DNA of 64,000 bases from Mytilus edulis (lineage: Eukaryota). The translations under genes were made by a program, and so were the position numbers. Below, piece by piece: positions 38,103 through 50,835 of the stretch. The notes below the pieces were generated by a model. It did not search any database. It was not told the DNA's origin and saw nothing but the letters and a program-made list of their open reading frames with translations. Position 1 is the stretch's first letter, and every line of letters begins with the position of its first letter. Where the stretch lies: positions 99,820,001 to 99,884,000 of the forward strand of contig NC_092346.1 in assembly GCF_963676685.1 (NCBI RefSeq), in the 5' to 3' direction.

Positions 38103-38266
38103 TATCAAATCATTGCAGAAACAGATTTTTACCACTTTAACAATTTTTCTACAATATTTGTCCACTCTCGATGGTTAAATCATATATTTTAAAAACGCCA
38201 TCGAGTGGATGAATATCGTTATAAATGGGGTTGTGTGGTAAAATCTGTATTTCTATTGATTTGGTA
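38103..38266. repeat. Imperfect palindrome downstream of OMT-1
   Basis: acagatttttaccac..tccactctcgatgg versus ccatcgagtgga..gtggtaaaatctgt. Confidence 0.65.
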
Positions 38267-38440
38267 CATTGTAAGTATATATATCGGCCTGGTCTAGGTT
38301 CTCATTAGCAGGTCAGAGATCTATCGTAATCATTTTATTATATTACAGAAAAAGATGTAAAGTCAAAAACAATTTGCAAGAGCAATTTGAAAACTTTTTA
38401 TTGCTACAGACGGCATATTAAAAATGATTGTATCTTATTC

Positions 38441-41400
38441 CTAATCCATGTCCGTTTTTCTTCTTACCAGCATGATCCCATCTCTAACAGGAAGTAGGAC
38501 CTAAAAAAATACAATATATGAAATAACTTATCTTAAAATAGTTAAGTATAGCAGCACATGGTGTCGATTGGTGTCTTTGCAGACTGCTTGAAACATTATT
38601 TACAAAAAAGAAGATGTGGTATGATAGCCAATGAGACAACTCTCCACAAGAGACCAAATGACACAGAAGTTAACAACTACAGGTCACCGTACGGTTTTCA
38701 ACAATGATCAAAATCCATACCGCATAGTCAGCTGAAAAAGAAAATTGAAATTAAAAAAAGTTTGTTATTTCATAAAAGGAGTAGGTCCGGTAAGGGCTGA
38801 TTTTGGCCTCAAATTTCAGGTTCATCTGATGAAAGATTTTGAACACTTTTTAAACACTTAAGTGTCTATTTTATTTGAATCAATTAGTTTATGTGAAAGA
38901 TTTTAACTGCCTTAGTCATAAAAAACACATCAATTCAAGCTGAAATATGAAAAATCTACCAAATATGCCGAAAAATGTCACTTTTCAGCTGGTTTTTGTC
39001 TGAAATGAAAGTGGCCGCATCCGTGTTCATCCTCAACCTTTATATATGCTATGTATTATCGTAAAATACAACTTACATTTCAATATTAAGGATGAACACG
39101 AATGCGGCCACTTTCGTTTTACACGAAAACCGTCTAAAATTTAACTAAAATGCTAGAACTGTGAAGTTTTCAGTAATTTAGCATGACTTAATGGTGCTAG
39201 TACCCGATATATATGTGCATTGTTTTGTCAACAATATCCCATATTTATGTAGCAGAAGCATTTTACTGTGCAATAAATAACTAAAAATTTACATTTTAAC
39301 AATTTGGTAAAACTGCTATATTTTGGGGCCAAAAAGGGGTCTTACTGGACCTACTCCTTTTAATTTAAGACTAACTATTTGTTTACTGATCCTTCAGGAA
39401 GATATAAAATAATTCAGCTTGATATGAGAGTATCCAAGTAGTACGAAGAAGGATGTAAAAATACACCCTGGTCCATATTCAAAGTAATATATATTGAATT
39501 CAATGATCACATATATATAAGTCACTTACATGGTAGATATCCTCTCTTGTCGCTATTGTCTCATTCACATCCTTTATTCCATCGTCGTCGGGCGTATCTG
39601 TCATATACGATCTACCACCGGATAACGCATTATCTAGGGCAATAGTACCTCCTGGTGCCAATAAATTGTTCAGGGCTATCTTCATGAAATATATTATTAA
39701 AGTATTTACCTTTATTTTATGTAATCACTATTCACCTTAAGATTAAAAGAGCTAGGGCCAATTTTCACTGAAATGTTTAAACGATCATTTCTAAAATTCA
39801 TAATAATATGTTTGTTTGTAATCTAACATGTGGTCCACTTATAAGTAGCCACAAATAACTTTTCAGTTCTCTTTGTAGCTTACTATGCGTTATGAGTTTT
39901 GTTCATTGTTGAAGGCCGTAGAAATGGTCCCAATGATAACCATACCAAATCCTCGTATTTTTATATAGAGACAGATTTTTGAATATTTGTATTGTCAATA
40001 AAAAAAACCAAAAATTAGACCATTCTTAACCAAAACTGAAATTTGTTGGGATATATATATATATTCATAAGTACGTCTGAGTCAGTGACAACCCTACAAC
40101 AGATGTATCCATCGGATCGCCATCAATGATGGTGATACATGGCTGTGTACATAATGTATATACAACTCGTCTAAACATCAACCCAACAATGTTAGATCTG
40201 TAAATTTGCTTTCGCAAATTTTTGGTTCTTCCCTCGCCGGGATTCGAACCCATGCTACTGTGATATCGTGACACCAAATCGCCTGCACTGCAGCCGTCCC
40301 GCTAGACCACACGACCACCTGGGCTCTCAAATAAAAGAGCTTTCGGTGGGCATGAGTAAAACACATGCCCACCGAAAGCTCTTTTATTTGAGAGCCCAGG
40401 TGGTCGTGTGGTCTAGCGGGACGGCTGCAGTGCAGGCGATTTGGTGTCACGATATCACAGTAGCATGGGTTCGAATCCCGGCGAGGGAAGAACCAAAAAT
40501 TTGCGAAAGCAAATTTACAGATCTAACATTGTTGGGTTGATGTTTAGACGAGTTGTATATACATTATGTACACAGCCATGTATCACCATCATTGATGGCG
40601 ATCCGATGGATACATCTGTTGTAGGGTTGTCACTGACTCAGACGTACTTATGAATATAATTATTTTCTGTGACTGTATCTTACATTAATTTGTAGGATCC
40701 TTTACTATAGATAATTTAGCTGATCTGTAACAATAACATCTTCATGCCTTATATATCATGTACTGTAGTACGCCGCTAGATTAAAACTGACGTGGAAAGG
40801 TAACACATGCCCACCGAAAGCTCTTTTATTTGAGAGCCCAGGTGGTCGTGTGGTCTAGCGGGACGGCTGCAGTGCAGGCGATTTGGTGTCACGATATCAC
40901 AGTAGCATGGGTTCGAATCCCGGCGAGGGAAGAACCAAAAATTTGCGAAAGCAAATTTACAGATCTAACATTGTTGGGTTGATGTTTAGACGAGTTGTAT
41001 ATATATATATATATATATATATGTCTAGCGGGACGGCTGCAGTGCAGGCGATTTGGTGTCACGATATCACAGTAGCATGGGTTCGAATCCCGGCGAGGGA
41101 AGAACCAAAAATTTGCGAAAGCAAATTTACAGATCTAACATTGTTGGGTTGATGTTTAGACGAGTTGTAAATACATTATGTACACAGCCATGTATCACCA
41201 TCATTGATGGCGATCCGATGGATACATCTGTTGTAGCGTTGTAACTGACTCAGACGTACTTATAAATATAATTATTTTCTGTGACTGTATATTACATTAA
41301 TTTGTAGGATCCTTTACTATAGATAATTTAGCTGATCTGTAACAATAACATCTTCATGCCTTATATATCATGTACTGTAGTACGCCGCTAGATTAAAACT

Positions 41401-44400
41401 GACGAGGAAAGGTAACACACGGCCAGCGAAAGCTCTTTTTTTGAGAGCCCAGGTGTGTGGTCTAGCGGGACGGCTGCAGTGCAGGCGATTTGGTGTCACG
41501 ATATCACAGTAGCATGGGTTCGCATCCCGGCGAGGGAAGAACCAAAAATTTGCGAAAGCAAATTTACAGATCTAACATTGTTGGGTTGATGTTTAGACGA
41601 GTTGTATATACATTGCTCTTTTGATTAAACTTCATTAATTTCGATTTGAGACGTCCTTCTATGCAAAATTCTACAAATACGTTTAAAATTTGCAGTGCTT
41701 AAATGTTTATATCTTATTCAAAATGTTAAAATTGTTGATAATTTTTGTGCGAATACTGTGAAGTATTATATATTTTATTATTTTAAGCTTAAATCATTTT
41801 AAGGTTTTGACAATGTAAGTGAAAAAATATAAGAAGAAATCGGTCCCACCTCAAATATAAATAACGAAAAAATAAATAATCATTAAGGAAAGCATGAGTA
41901 CAAAATTGTTTTCGTACATATATAACTATAAACAAATAAAATTACCAATGAAACATATTGGATGTAAATCTAATATTGTAAGTTTAATATGCTCTGCTAG
42001 AAAAGTCTAATTATTTAAGTTATCACAACATAATAAGGGTAATTTACATTACTGAAAAGCTGTACTATAAAGTACAAAGGTATCTCTATTTAAACCAATC
42101 ACTGTAAATTAAAGTTGGATTATTTGAACAAAATAGCATTAAAGTCTATTTGTTTCATAACACACTGTTGCCAGTATAATAGAATTTTATGCGACTGTGC
42201 GTCATACAAGTGAGAGGTTAAGCTAGTTTTAAAACAAGGTTAAATCCACCATTTTCTAAATAAGGAATTATTACAGTTGTTTTCCATTCGTTAAGATGTG
42301 TTTGAGCTTTTGATTTTGCCATTAATTTGATAAGGGACTTTCCGTTTTGAATTTTCCTCAGAGTTCTGTATGTTGTGATCTTACTTTTTTCTAATGAATT
42401 ATCCATTTAAAGTTGTTCAGTAATTTTGATATTTAGTTTTTAAGTTGATATTTATAGATGCAATCTTACCGAATTTCATCTCAGTAAACTTACATGAAAG
42501 TATTCAGATTTTCCAGGTCTATCAGCATCTATGAAAATGAAATCAAACTGTTCTCCTCTTTTTGAAAGGTCTTTAATTGTGTCTAGTGCTGAGCCTAAAA
42601 AAAGCTAGGTTTGAGAAAATGTTTTATTTGTATGTTTTTGTTTAACGTTAATACCCAAGAGATAAGAGCGATCTTAAACCATTAACCTTTGCTTTTATGA
42701 TTTTTATAATTAATGAAAATCGACATTATTGAGCGCAAATAGGGAATACGAAACAGTTTCAGGGGATGTAATGACGTTGTACCGCAAAGTTTCATTTTTG
42801 GAGACGTCAAACTGCGATATATCGAGTACAATTAACATTTTATGGAGTGAAATTAATCATCAGCCTGAAATCGAGTACTTGTGCACTCTTTTTGAAAATG
42901 ACATTTGACTTGATTTTGTTTGAAGATTGTTTGATCCAATTTTTGTGAGAAAAAAATGTTTATTCTTTGCCGAGATTCGAACTACTGATATTGGGATATT
43001 GGGACAACTCAATGGCATGAGCTCGAATGCCGGCGAGCGACGAACAAACTTTGCTTCCGCAAATTTTCTGATCTAACATTTTTGTGCTGATATTTAGAGT
43101 GATTGTGTACTTTTAATATATGTGTTGTCAGTCGTGTATCAACTTTACTGGTTATCCAATGAATGATCTGTCTTATAGTTGTCACTGGCTTAGACGTAAA
43201 TATTATATAATTATAAGATATTATTTATTACCTATAAGAATTTCTACTTTTTTACCATGAGGTGATCGGTCCGTATAGGTCCTTGCAAGTTTGGCTAGAT
43301 ATGGATCAAATTCACATGTAACAACCGTTCCATCATTTGGCATAACTTCTGCCATTCCTAAAGCACTACATCCCGTAAATAAACCTACTTCTAATACCTT
43401 CTTTGCTTTAGAAGTGTTCACTAAAAACTTCAATACATAACCTACAAAACATACAGTTAAAGTATAGTATAGTATTAGCCATATCATAAAAACGCCTACA
43501 AAACATGAAGTACAGTTAAAGTATAGTAGGAGCCATATTATAAAAACGCCTACAAAACATCAAGTACAGTTAAAGTATAGTATTAGCCATATCATAAAAA
43601 CACCTACAAAACATGAAGTACAGTTAAAGTATAGTATTAGCCATATCATAAAAACGACTACAAAACATCAAGTACAGTTAAAGTATAGTATTAGCCATAT
43701 CATAAAAACGACTACAAAACATGAAGTACAGTTAAAGTATAGTATAGTATTAGCCATATCATAAAAACGCCTACAAAACATGAAGTACAGTTAAAGTATA
43801 GTATTAGCCATATTATAAAAACGCCTACAAAACATGAAGTACAGTTAAAGTATAGTATTAGCCATATCATAAAAACGCCTACAAAACATGAAGTACAGTT
43901 AAAGTATAGTATTAGCCATATCATAAAAACGCCTACTAAACATGAAGTACAGTTAAAGTATAGTATTAGCCATATCATAAAAACGACTACAAAACATCAA
44001 GTACAGTTAAAGTATAGTATTAGCCATATCATAAAAACGACTACAAAACATCAAGTACAGTTAAAGTATAGTATTAGCCATATCATAAAAACGACTACAA
44101 AACATGAAGTACAGTTAAAGTATAGTATAGTATTAGCCATATCATAAAAACGCCTACAAAACATGAAGTACAGTTAAAGTATAGTATTAGCCATATTATA
44201 AAAACGCCTACAAAACATGAAGTACAGTTAAAGTATAGTATGAGCCATATTATAAAAACGCCTACAAAACATCAAGTACAGTTAAAGTATAGTATAGTAT
44301 TAGCCATATCATAAAAACGCCTACAAAACATGAAGTACAGTTAAAGTATAGTATGAGCCATATTATAAAAACGCCTACAAAACATGAAGTACAGTTAAAG

Positions 44401-47369
44401 TATAGTATGAGCCATATCATAAAAACGACTACAAAACATCAAGTACAGTTAAAGTATAGTATTAGCCATATCATAAAAACGCCTACAAAACATGAAGTAC
44501 AGTTAAAGTATAGTATTAGCCATATTATAAAAACGCCTACAAAACATGAAGTACAGTTAAAGTATAGTATGAGCCATATTATAAAAACGCCTACAAAACA
44601 TGAAGTACAGTTAAAGTATAGTATAGTATTAGCCATATCATAAAAACGCCTACAAAACATGAAGTACAGTTAAAGTATAGTATGAGCCATATTATAAAAA
44701 CGCCTACAAAACATGAAGTACAGTTAAAGTATAGTATAGTATTAGCCATATCATAAAAACGCCTACAAAACATGAAGTACAGTTAAAGTATAGTATGAGC
44801 CATATTATAAAAACGCCTACAAAACATCAAGTACAGTTAAAGTATAGTAGTAGCCATATCATAAAAACGCCTACAAAACATGAAGTACAGTTAAAGTATA
44901 GTATTAGCCATATTATAAAAACGCCTACAAAACATGAAGTACAGTTAAAGTATAGTATGAGCCATATTATAAAAACGCCTACAAAACATGAAGTACAGTT
45001 AAAGTATAGTATAGTATTAGCCATATCATAAAAACGCCTACAAAACATGAAGTACAGTTAAAGTATAGTATGAGCCATATTATAAAAACGCCTACAAAAC
45101 ATGAAGTACAGTTAAAGTATAGTATAGTATTAGCCATATCATAAAAACGCCTACAAAACATGAAGTACAGTTAAAGTATAGTATGAGCCATATTATAAAA
45201 ACGCCTACAAAACATCAAGTACAGTTAAAGTATAGTATGAGCCATATTATAAAAACGCCTACAAAACATCAAGTACAGTTAAAGTATAGTATAGTATTAG
45301 CCATATCATAAAAACGCCTACAAAACATGAAGTACAGTTAAAGTATAGTATGAGCCATATCATAAAAACGCATCAAATCATTCATACAATTAATCTAACA
45401 CACGATGAACCCCCGATGATAAGTATATTGTCAAAAATTACTTGCACTTTACAATGACTTTTTTCTGTTAGTTTATACAATTTCAAATTCATCTTAACTT
45501 TGTTTAAACTTTATTTTTGCTTACAAAGTTGTTTGTTTAGGCGATTATTTTTCATGAACAAAACTATAGTTCTAGCATTGTTAATACTACACTGAGAAAC
45601 GATCTACAAAACTATAGTTCTAGCATTGTTAATACCCCACTGAGAAACTATAGTTCTAGCATTGTTAATACCCACTGAGAAACTATAGTTCTAGCATTGT
45701 TAATACAACAATGAGAAACGATCTACATTTGCTATGGTATAAACACCGAGGGATTGAATATTCTGAAATTGACTACTTTAAGACCCTTAATGCAATTATA
45801 TTTTCCATTTAGACCAGTACTGATTTCGTTGACTGAGTGGTAATTGTTTGAAATGTAAACTCTTATTTATGTTCACATGCAGCACAATTAAACAAAAAGA
45901 CAAACGAATGGATAACTGTTCTTTTCCTGATTTGGTACATACATCTTTTTATGTAGAAAATTGTGGATTAAATAGCTAGTTACACCTCTCCCTTGTAGGA
46001 CATATAAGTTATAATCATATGTGTAGTATGTCTTATTCTACATGATCCAATACCCATCAACTATACTAATTGGTCGTTTCTATAGACTATTACCGTACAT
46101 ATCTATAATACAAGTATCGGCTGTGAAATCTTTAGTTGTATCAAGTAAATTTTAAACCAGTCATATTTTGTTAATTTTTTGTCAACAAAAGCTAAGCAAG
46201 ACATTTCACACTGACGTATTAATGGCAAAGCGAAGGGTTTATATATAAAAGTAAATGTGTGTACATGTAATTATTTCTTAACCTTCAAGATTTCCAGACA
46301 TCATTACTGGATTGATGTCCCATTTGGTTTGTTCTTCATTAAAAAGTTGCTTCCATGGATGCTCAAGCGTGTCTTTGATAAGAGCTGCCATAGCTTCACT
46401 AGGTCCTGATGTTTTCTGATCACAGTAGTCATCTCTTTTCTACATGATAATATAAAACCATTACTGAAATTAAAGGATTATTTCTGACACTTCTAATTAG
46501 CACTACGATATCGGGTTTGAGAAGAGACGTTATTTATGAATTTGCGTTATTTATTTGTGTGTTTGGTACCAGATTAATCATTCAAGCAGTTCAAATTTCA
46601 AACGGATGGCTTCAATTTGTTTTTATGCGGTGTTGTTACAATGCTGGCCCATATTGGGGAATGATGAGCGAGCACAAACATCTTTAACCCCGCCTCATTC
46701 GTTATGTGCCTGTTCAGATTCATCAATTTTTAATCAAGTGATGGTCGTTGTTTGATGTCTGTCGTAATAGGTTTATTGTTGCAGCATAAATTAGGAAAAT
46801 GTTTTTCTTTTTTGAATGATTTCACATGTTGCCCATCGAGAATCTTGCATAGCTCTCTACACCGTATTAGTTTTGCACATTAATGGCCGTATATGGTGAA
46901 ATGCAATTGTTCACACCCTTGTCCTTTGGTCTTTATTGACATGACAGTAGATTCATATCATCTTATTGTTTCTATATATATAAAATCAAAGTATCAATTT
47001 AATTTTAATTTTCATGTCATCATTGTATGCTTTATTTTAAAACGAAAAAAAATCGGGCCAAATATAAGTATATAATGTTGCGACATAATGTGTTACATTC
47101 ATAATGTTTACCCAAGCTTTCAAATTTAACTTTCATTCAGCAGTCACATTAAGGTCCGTGGCTTAAATGTTTTTTTTCTGAAAACAAAAATATTGTCTTG
47201 AAGAAAATTATTCTGATTCAAAACTTAAAAGTAAGCTCGTTACCTTCATCAGTTCACCAACCCTTTCTAAACCAGAAATAACAGTCTCTGGAACATCCAT
47301 TGATTTCGCTAATGTAATGACTTCTCTTAGTTTTCTCACAGCTGGGTCGTGGTGGTGTGAACCTGACAT
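38441..47369 (-). CDS. Class I (cation-dependent) SAM O-methyltransferase, OMT-1, MysB/CCoAOMT-like, 267 aa
   Basis: Exons 47369-47244, 46439-46283, 43441-43232, 42594-42494, 39679-39530, 38500-38441 (804 nt). Motifs MMSGNLEG, VLEVGLFTGCSALGMAE, CEFDPY, SPHGKK, FDFIFIDADR, LLAPGGTIALDN, LPVRDGIMLVRR. Internal exon sizes match OMT-2. Confidence 0.92.
38775..39360. mobile_element. MITE (Kolobok-like termini) in the last intron of OMT-1
   Basis: TIR aaaggagtaggtccggtaag / cttactggacctactccttt; internal hairpin aaagtggccgcat / atgcggccacttt. Confidence 0.88.
40051..41614. mobile_element. tRNA-derived (Pol III A/B box) 442-bp repeat unit in inverted plus tandem array
   Basis: A box TGGTCGTGTGG at 40401-40411, B box GGTTCGAATCC at 40468-40478. 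Period 442 (40361 to 40803). 40065-40354 is the reverse complement of 40364-40653. (TA)n at 40051-40064 and 40998-41022. Confidence 0.85.
42955..43205. mobile_element. Old diverged copy of the tRNA-headed element, also with an inverted 5' arm
   Basis: ttctttgccgagattcgaac (reversed head), then gcatgagctcgaatgccggcgag..gcaaatttt..gatctaacatt..gtcactggcttagacgta. Confidence 0.65.
43441..45370. repeat. 54/59-bp satellite, about 35 units, abutting the acceptor of OMT-1 coding exon 3
   Basis: Unit cctacaaaacatgaagtacagttaaagtatagtattagccatatcataaaaacg; the 59-bp variant has an extra atagt. Confidence 0.97.
45561..45728. repeat. Short tandem repeat, 4 units of ~36-48 bp
   Basis: aaactatagttctagcattgttaatac..actgag occurs four times. 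Confidence 0.85.
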
Positions 47370-47934
47370 TGTTCTTTAAAATTACTAAAATTCAGTAACT
47401 ATATATAAAAAAAAAAAAAAGATTTATCAGGACGACAACGGTTTTCGTAGCTTTAAAAAAATCAACGTAAACGCTAATTGACACATCTGATAATATTGTT
47501 ATTATGAAATAAAACAGCAAGTTGTTTTTGCTTTTAATCGTATAAGCCCTTTTTTGAAATATTTAACTCGTGATATATGTTTTGAAGAAAATTGTGCTTT
47601 AAGCACTCGAATGTTACGTTCGGCAAATCACTACCGGTCAAATCATTAACATATTCAGTTGAAAGGCTCCGCTTGCTACAAAGATTACGACTTAGTACAT
47701 TAAAGATTGGCAGATCTTTGCAAGATAGTTTCAGATGTATGAGAATGCACGTGATTGCAGTTAAGGAAATGATTGTACAATTATTCTGAAAGATATGACA
47801 GTTGTTTTCCATTCGTCCAACGTTTAATTTTGTCAGTTTTTATGAACCCCCTTTCCATGCTTTCTGATTTACGAGTTTTATATTTTTTATACTTTCTTAT
47901 GTACATACATAAATGATTAAAACCGTCAAAATCA

Positions 47935-49540
47935 TTAGTATTCCTATTAGTATTCCTATAAGTATTGCTATTAGTATTTCTATTAGTATTTCTATTAGTA
48001 TTCTTATTAGTATTCCTATTAGTATTCCTATTAGTATTCCTATTAATATTCCTATTAGTATTCCTATTAGTATTGCTATTAGTATTGCTATTAGTATTCC
48101 TTTTAGTATACCTATTAGTATTCCTATTAGTATTGCTATTAGTATTCCTATAAGTATTCCTATTTGTATTAGTATTCCTATTAGTATTCCTATTAATATT
48201 CCTATTAGTATTCTTATTAGTATTCCTATTAGTATATTGCTATTAGTATTGCTATTTTTATTCCTATTAGTATTACTATTAGTATTCCTATAAGCATTGC
48301 TATTAGTATTGCTATTAGTATTGCTATTAGTATTGCTATTATTATTGCTATTAGTATTCCAATTAGTATTCCTATTAGTATTCCTATAAGTATTGCTATT
48401 AGTATTGCTATTAGTATTGCTATTAGTATTCCTATTAGTATTGCTAATAGTATTGCTATTAGTATTGCTTTTAGTATTGCTATTAGTATTCCTATTAGTA
48501 TTCCTATTAGTATTCCTATTCCTATTAGTATTACTATTAGTATTCCTATAAGTATTGCTATTAGTATTGCTATTAGTATTGCTATTAGTATTGCTATAAG
48601 TATTCCCATAAGTATACCTATAAGTATTCCTATTAGTATTACCATTAGTATTCCTATTCCTATTCCTATTATTATTGCTATTAGTATTGCTATTAGCATT
48701 GCTATTAGTATTGCTATTAGTATTGCTATTAATATTGCTATTAGTATTGCTATTAGTATTGCTATAAGTATTCCTATTAGTATTCCTATTATTATTCCTA
48801 TTAGTATTGATATTAGTATTGCTATTAGTATTCCTATTAGTATTCCTATTATTATTCCTATTAGTATTGATATTAGTATTGCTATTAGTATTGCTATTAG
48901 TATTCCTATTATTATTCCTATTAGTATTGATATTAGTATTGCTATTAGTATTCCCATTAGTATTCCTATTAATATTCCTATTAGTATTGCTATTAGTATT
49001 CCCATTAGTATGCCTATTAGTATTCCTATAAGTATTGCTATTAGTATTGCTATTAGTATTGCTATTAGTATTGCTATTAGTATTGCTATTAATATTGCTA
49101 TTAGTATTGCTATTAGTATTGCTATTAGTATTCCTATTATTATTCCTATTAGTATTTATATTAGTATTGCTATTAGAATTCCTATTAGTATTGCTATTAG
49201 TATTCCTATTAGTATTCCTATTAATATTCCTATTCCTATTAGTATTCCTATTAGTATTGCTATTAGTATTGCTATTAGTATTGCTATAAGTATTCCCATT
49301 AGTATTCCTATAAGTATTCCTATTAGTATTGCTATTAGTATTCCCATTAGTATTCCTATTAATATTCCTATTAGTATTGCTATTAGTATTCCCATTAGTA
49401 TGCCTATTAGTATTCCTATAAGTATTGCTATTAGTATTGTTATTAGTATTGCTATTAGTATTGCTATTAGTATTGCTATTAATATTGCTATTAGTATTGC
49501 TATTAGTATTGCTATTAGTATTCCTATTATTATTCCTATA
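47935..49540. repeat. 12-bp low-complexity satellite (ATTAGTATTSCT)n, 1.6 kb
   Basis: Alternating attagtattcct and attagtattgct; source of the Ile/Leu-rich pseudo-ORFs. Confidence 0.97.
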
Positions 49541-50039
49541 AGATATAGAATTATATAATTATTTCTTTTACATTTAATAAATTATTAGTATACTATGAGG
49601 TGTGCAGTCCAATAAAGGGACCAGAGTAACAGACAATGGGTCATTTTATGTATTTTTTTTTAATACAAATTGCTTACTTTATTTACGTTTATATTTTATA
49701 TCAATCAATTAAATCAAAATCAATCATATTATGTACTTTGTTTAACCTATTTTTAATTTACTTTACATTATGTTTGAAAATTATGTTGTTATTATTCTGC
49801 TCATTTTGAGCGCCATGATTGGCAAATAAAATATTTGGTTGTTTGTTTGTTTGTGTGTTTGTTGATTATAATCATATTACATAACCAGTTGCTACTAATA
49901 AAACATAATATTCCGAATTAAGCTTTCAGATTTTAAGTTGATGCAAAATAAACGTGAAGTTGGATGTGTCTTTTCAAAGAGGCATTACTCCATAATCACT
50001 CCAAAATATCACACAAATCATGAATAATATATTTAACTA

Positions 50040-50835
50040 TAATAAAATTGAGAATGGAAATGGGGAATGTGCCAAACAGACAACACCCCGACCATAGAAA
50101 AAAACAACAGCAGAAGGTCACCAACAGGTCTTCAATGTAGCGAGAAATTCCCGCACCCGGAGGCGTCCTTCAGGTGGCCCCTAAACAAATATATACTAGT
50201 TCAGTGATAATGAACGACATACTAATTTCCAAATTGTACACAAGAAACTAAAATTAAAATAATACAAGACTAACAAAAGCCAGAGCCTCCAGACTTGGGA
50301 CAGGCGCAAAAATGCGGCGGGGTTAAACATGTTTGTGAGATCTCAACCCTCCCCCTATACCTCTAGCCAATGTAGAAAAGTAAACGAATAACAATACGCA
50401 TATTAAAATTCAGATCAAGAGAAGTCCGAGTCTGATGTCAACAGATGTAACCAAAGAAAATATTTTATAAACAAAATGACAATAATACATAAATAACAAC
50501 AGACTACTAGCAGTTAACTGACATGCCAGCTCCAGACTTCAAGTAAACTGACTGAAAGATTATGATTTTATCATATGAACATCAGGCACAATCCTTCCCG
50601 TTAGGGGTTTAGTATCATACCATCATAACATATATGAGAAGAACATAACCCGTGTCATGCCAACAACTGTTTTTTGAATAAATGTATTTAGTTCCGATGC
50701 AAAGACCCTATAAGTGACCTGACAACAGTATCGTAACTATATCCCTTCTTAATAAGTCTATTCAAAGGTTTTGTTAGTTTTTGAGGTGAATACTGACACC
50801 TTTGTGCTTTATAAAGAATATATCCATAAAAAATT
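50040..50835 (+). repeat. Interspersed repeat (aaaattgagaatggaaatggggaatgtg family)
   Basis: Shares gacttgggacaggc, ggggttaaacatgttt and caaccctcccc blocks with 19345-19855; the 5' end is reversed at ~61255-61305. Confidence 0.7.

Noticed and set aside
40394-40490. Functional tRNA gene
   Set aside because: A and B boxes are present, but there is no proper acceptor stem or anticodon arm, and it is embedded in a 442-bp repeat.
40065-41244. Mirror-image ORFs MVSRYHSS.. and MTPNRLHC..
   Set aside because: By-products of the palindrome and tandem repeats; TTG/GTG starts and no recognisable domain.
41380-41470. Canonical hammerhead or hairpin ribozyme in the 442-bp unit
   Set aside because: CUGACGA occurs in only one copy, stem II is poor, and no UH follows stem III. 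The strand opposite N-GUC is AGAU/GAUU rather than AGAA, and there is no loop B.
43441-45370. Possible CRISPR-like array or repeat-protein ORFs
   Set aside because: Contiguous near-identical units with no unique spacers, in a eukaryotic intron with no cas genes; the ORFs are broken by 59-bp and TGA variants.
47913-49558. Long Ile/Leu-rich ORFs (up to 258 aa) that look like membrane proteins
   Set aside because: They are translations of the 12-bp satellite, open on both strands for compositional reasons.
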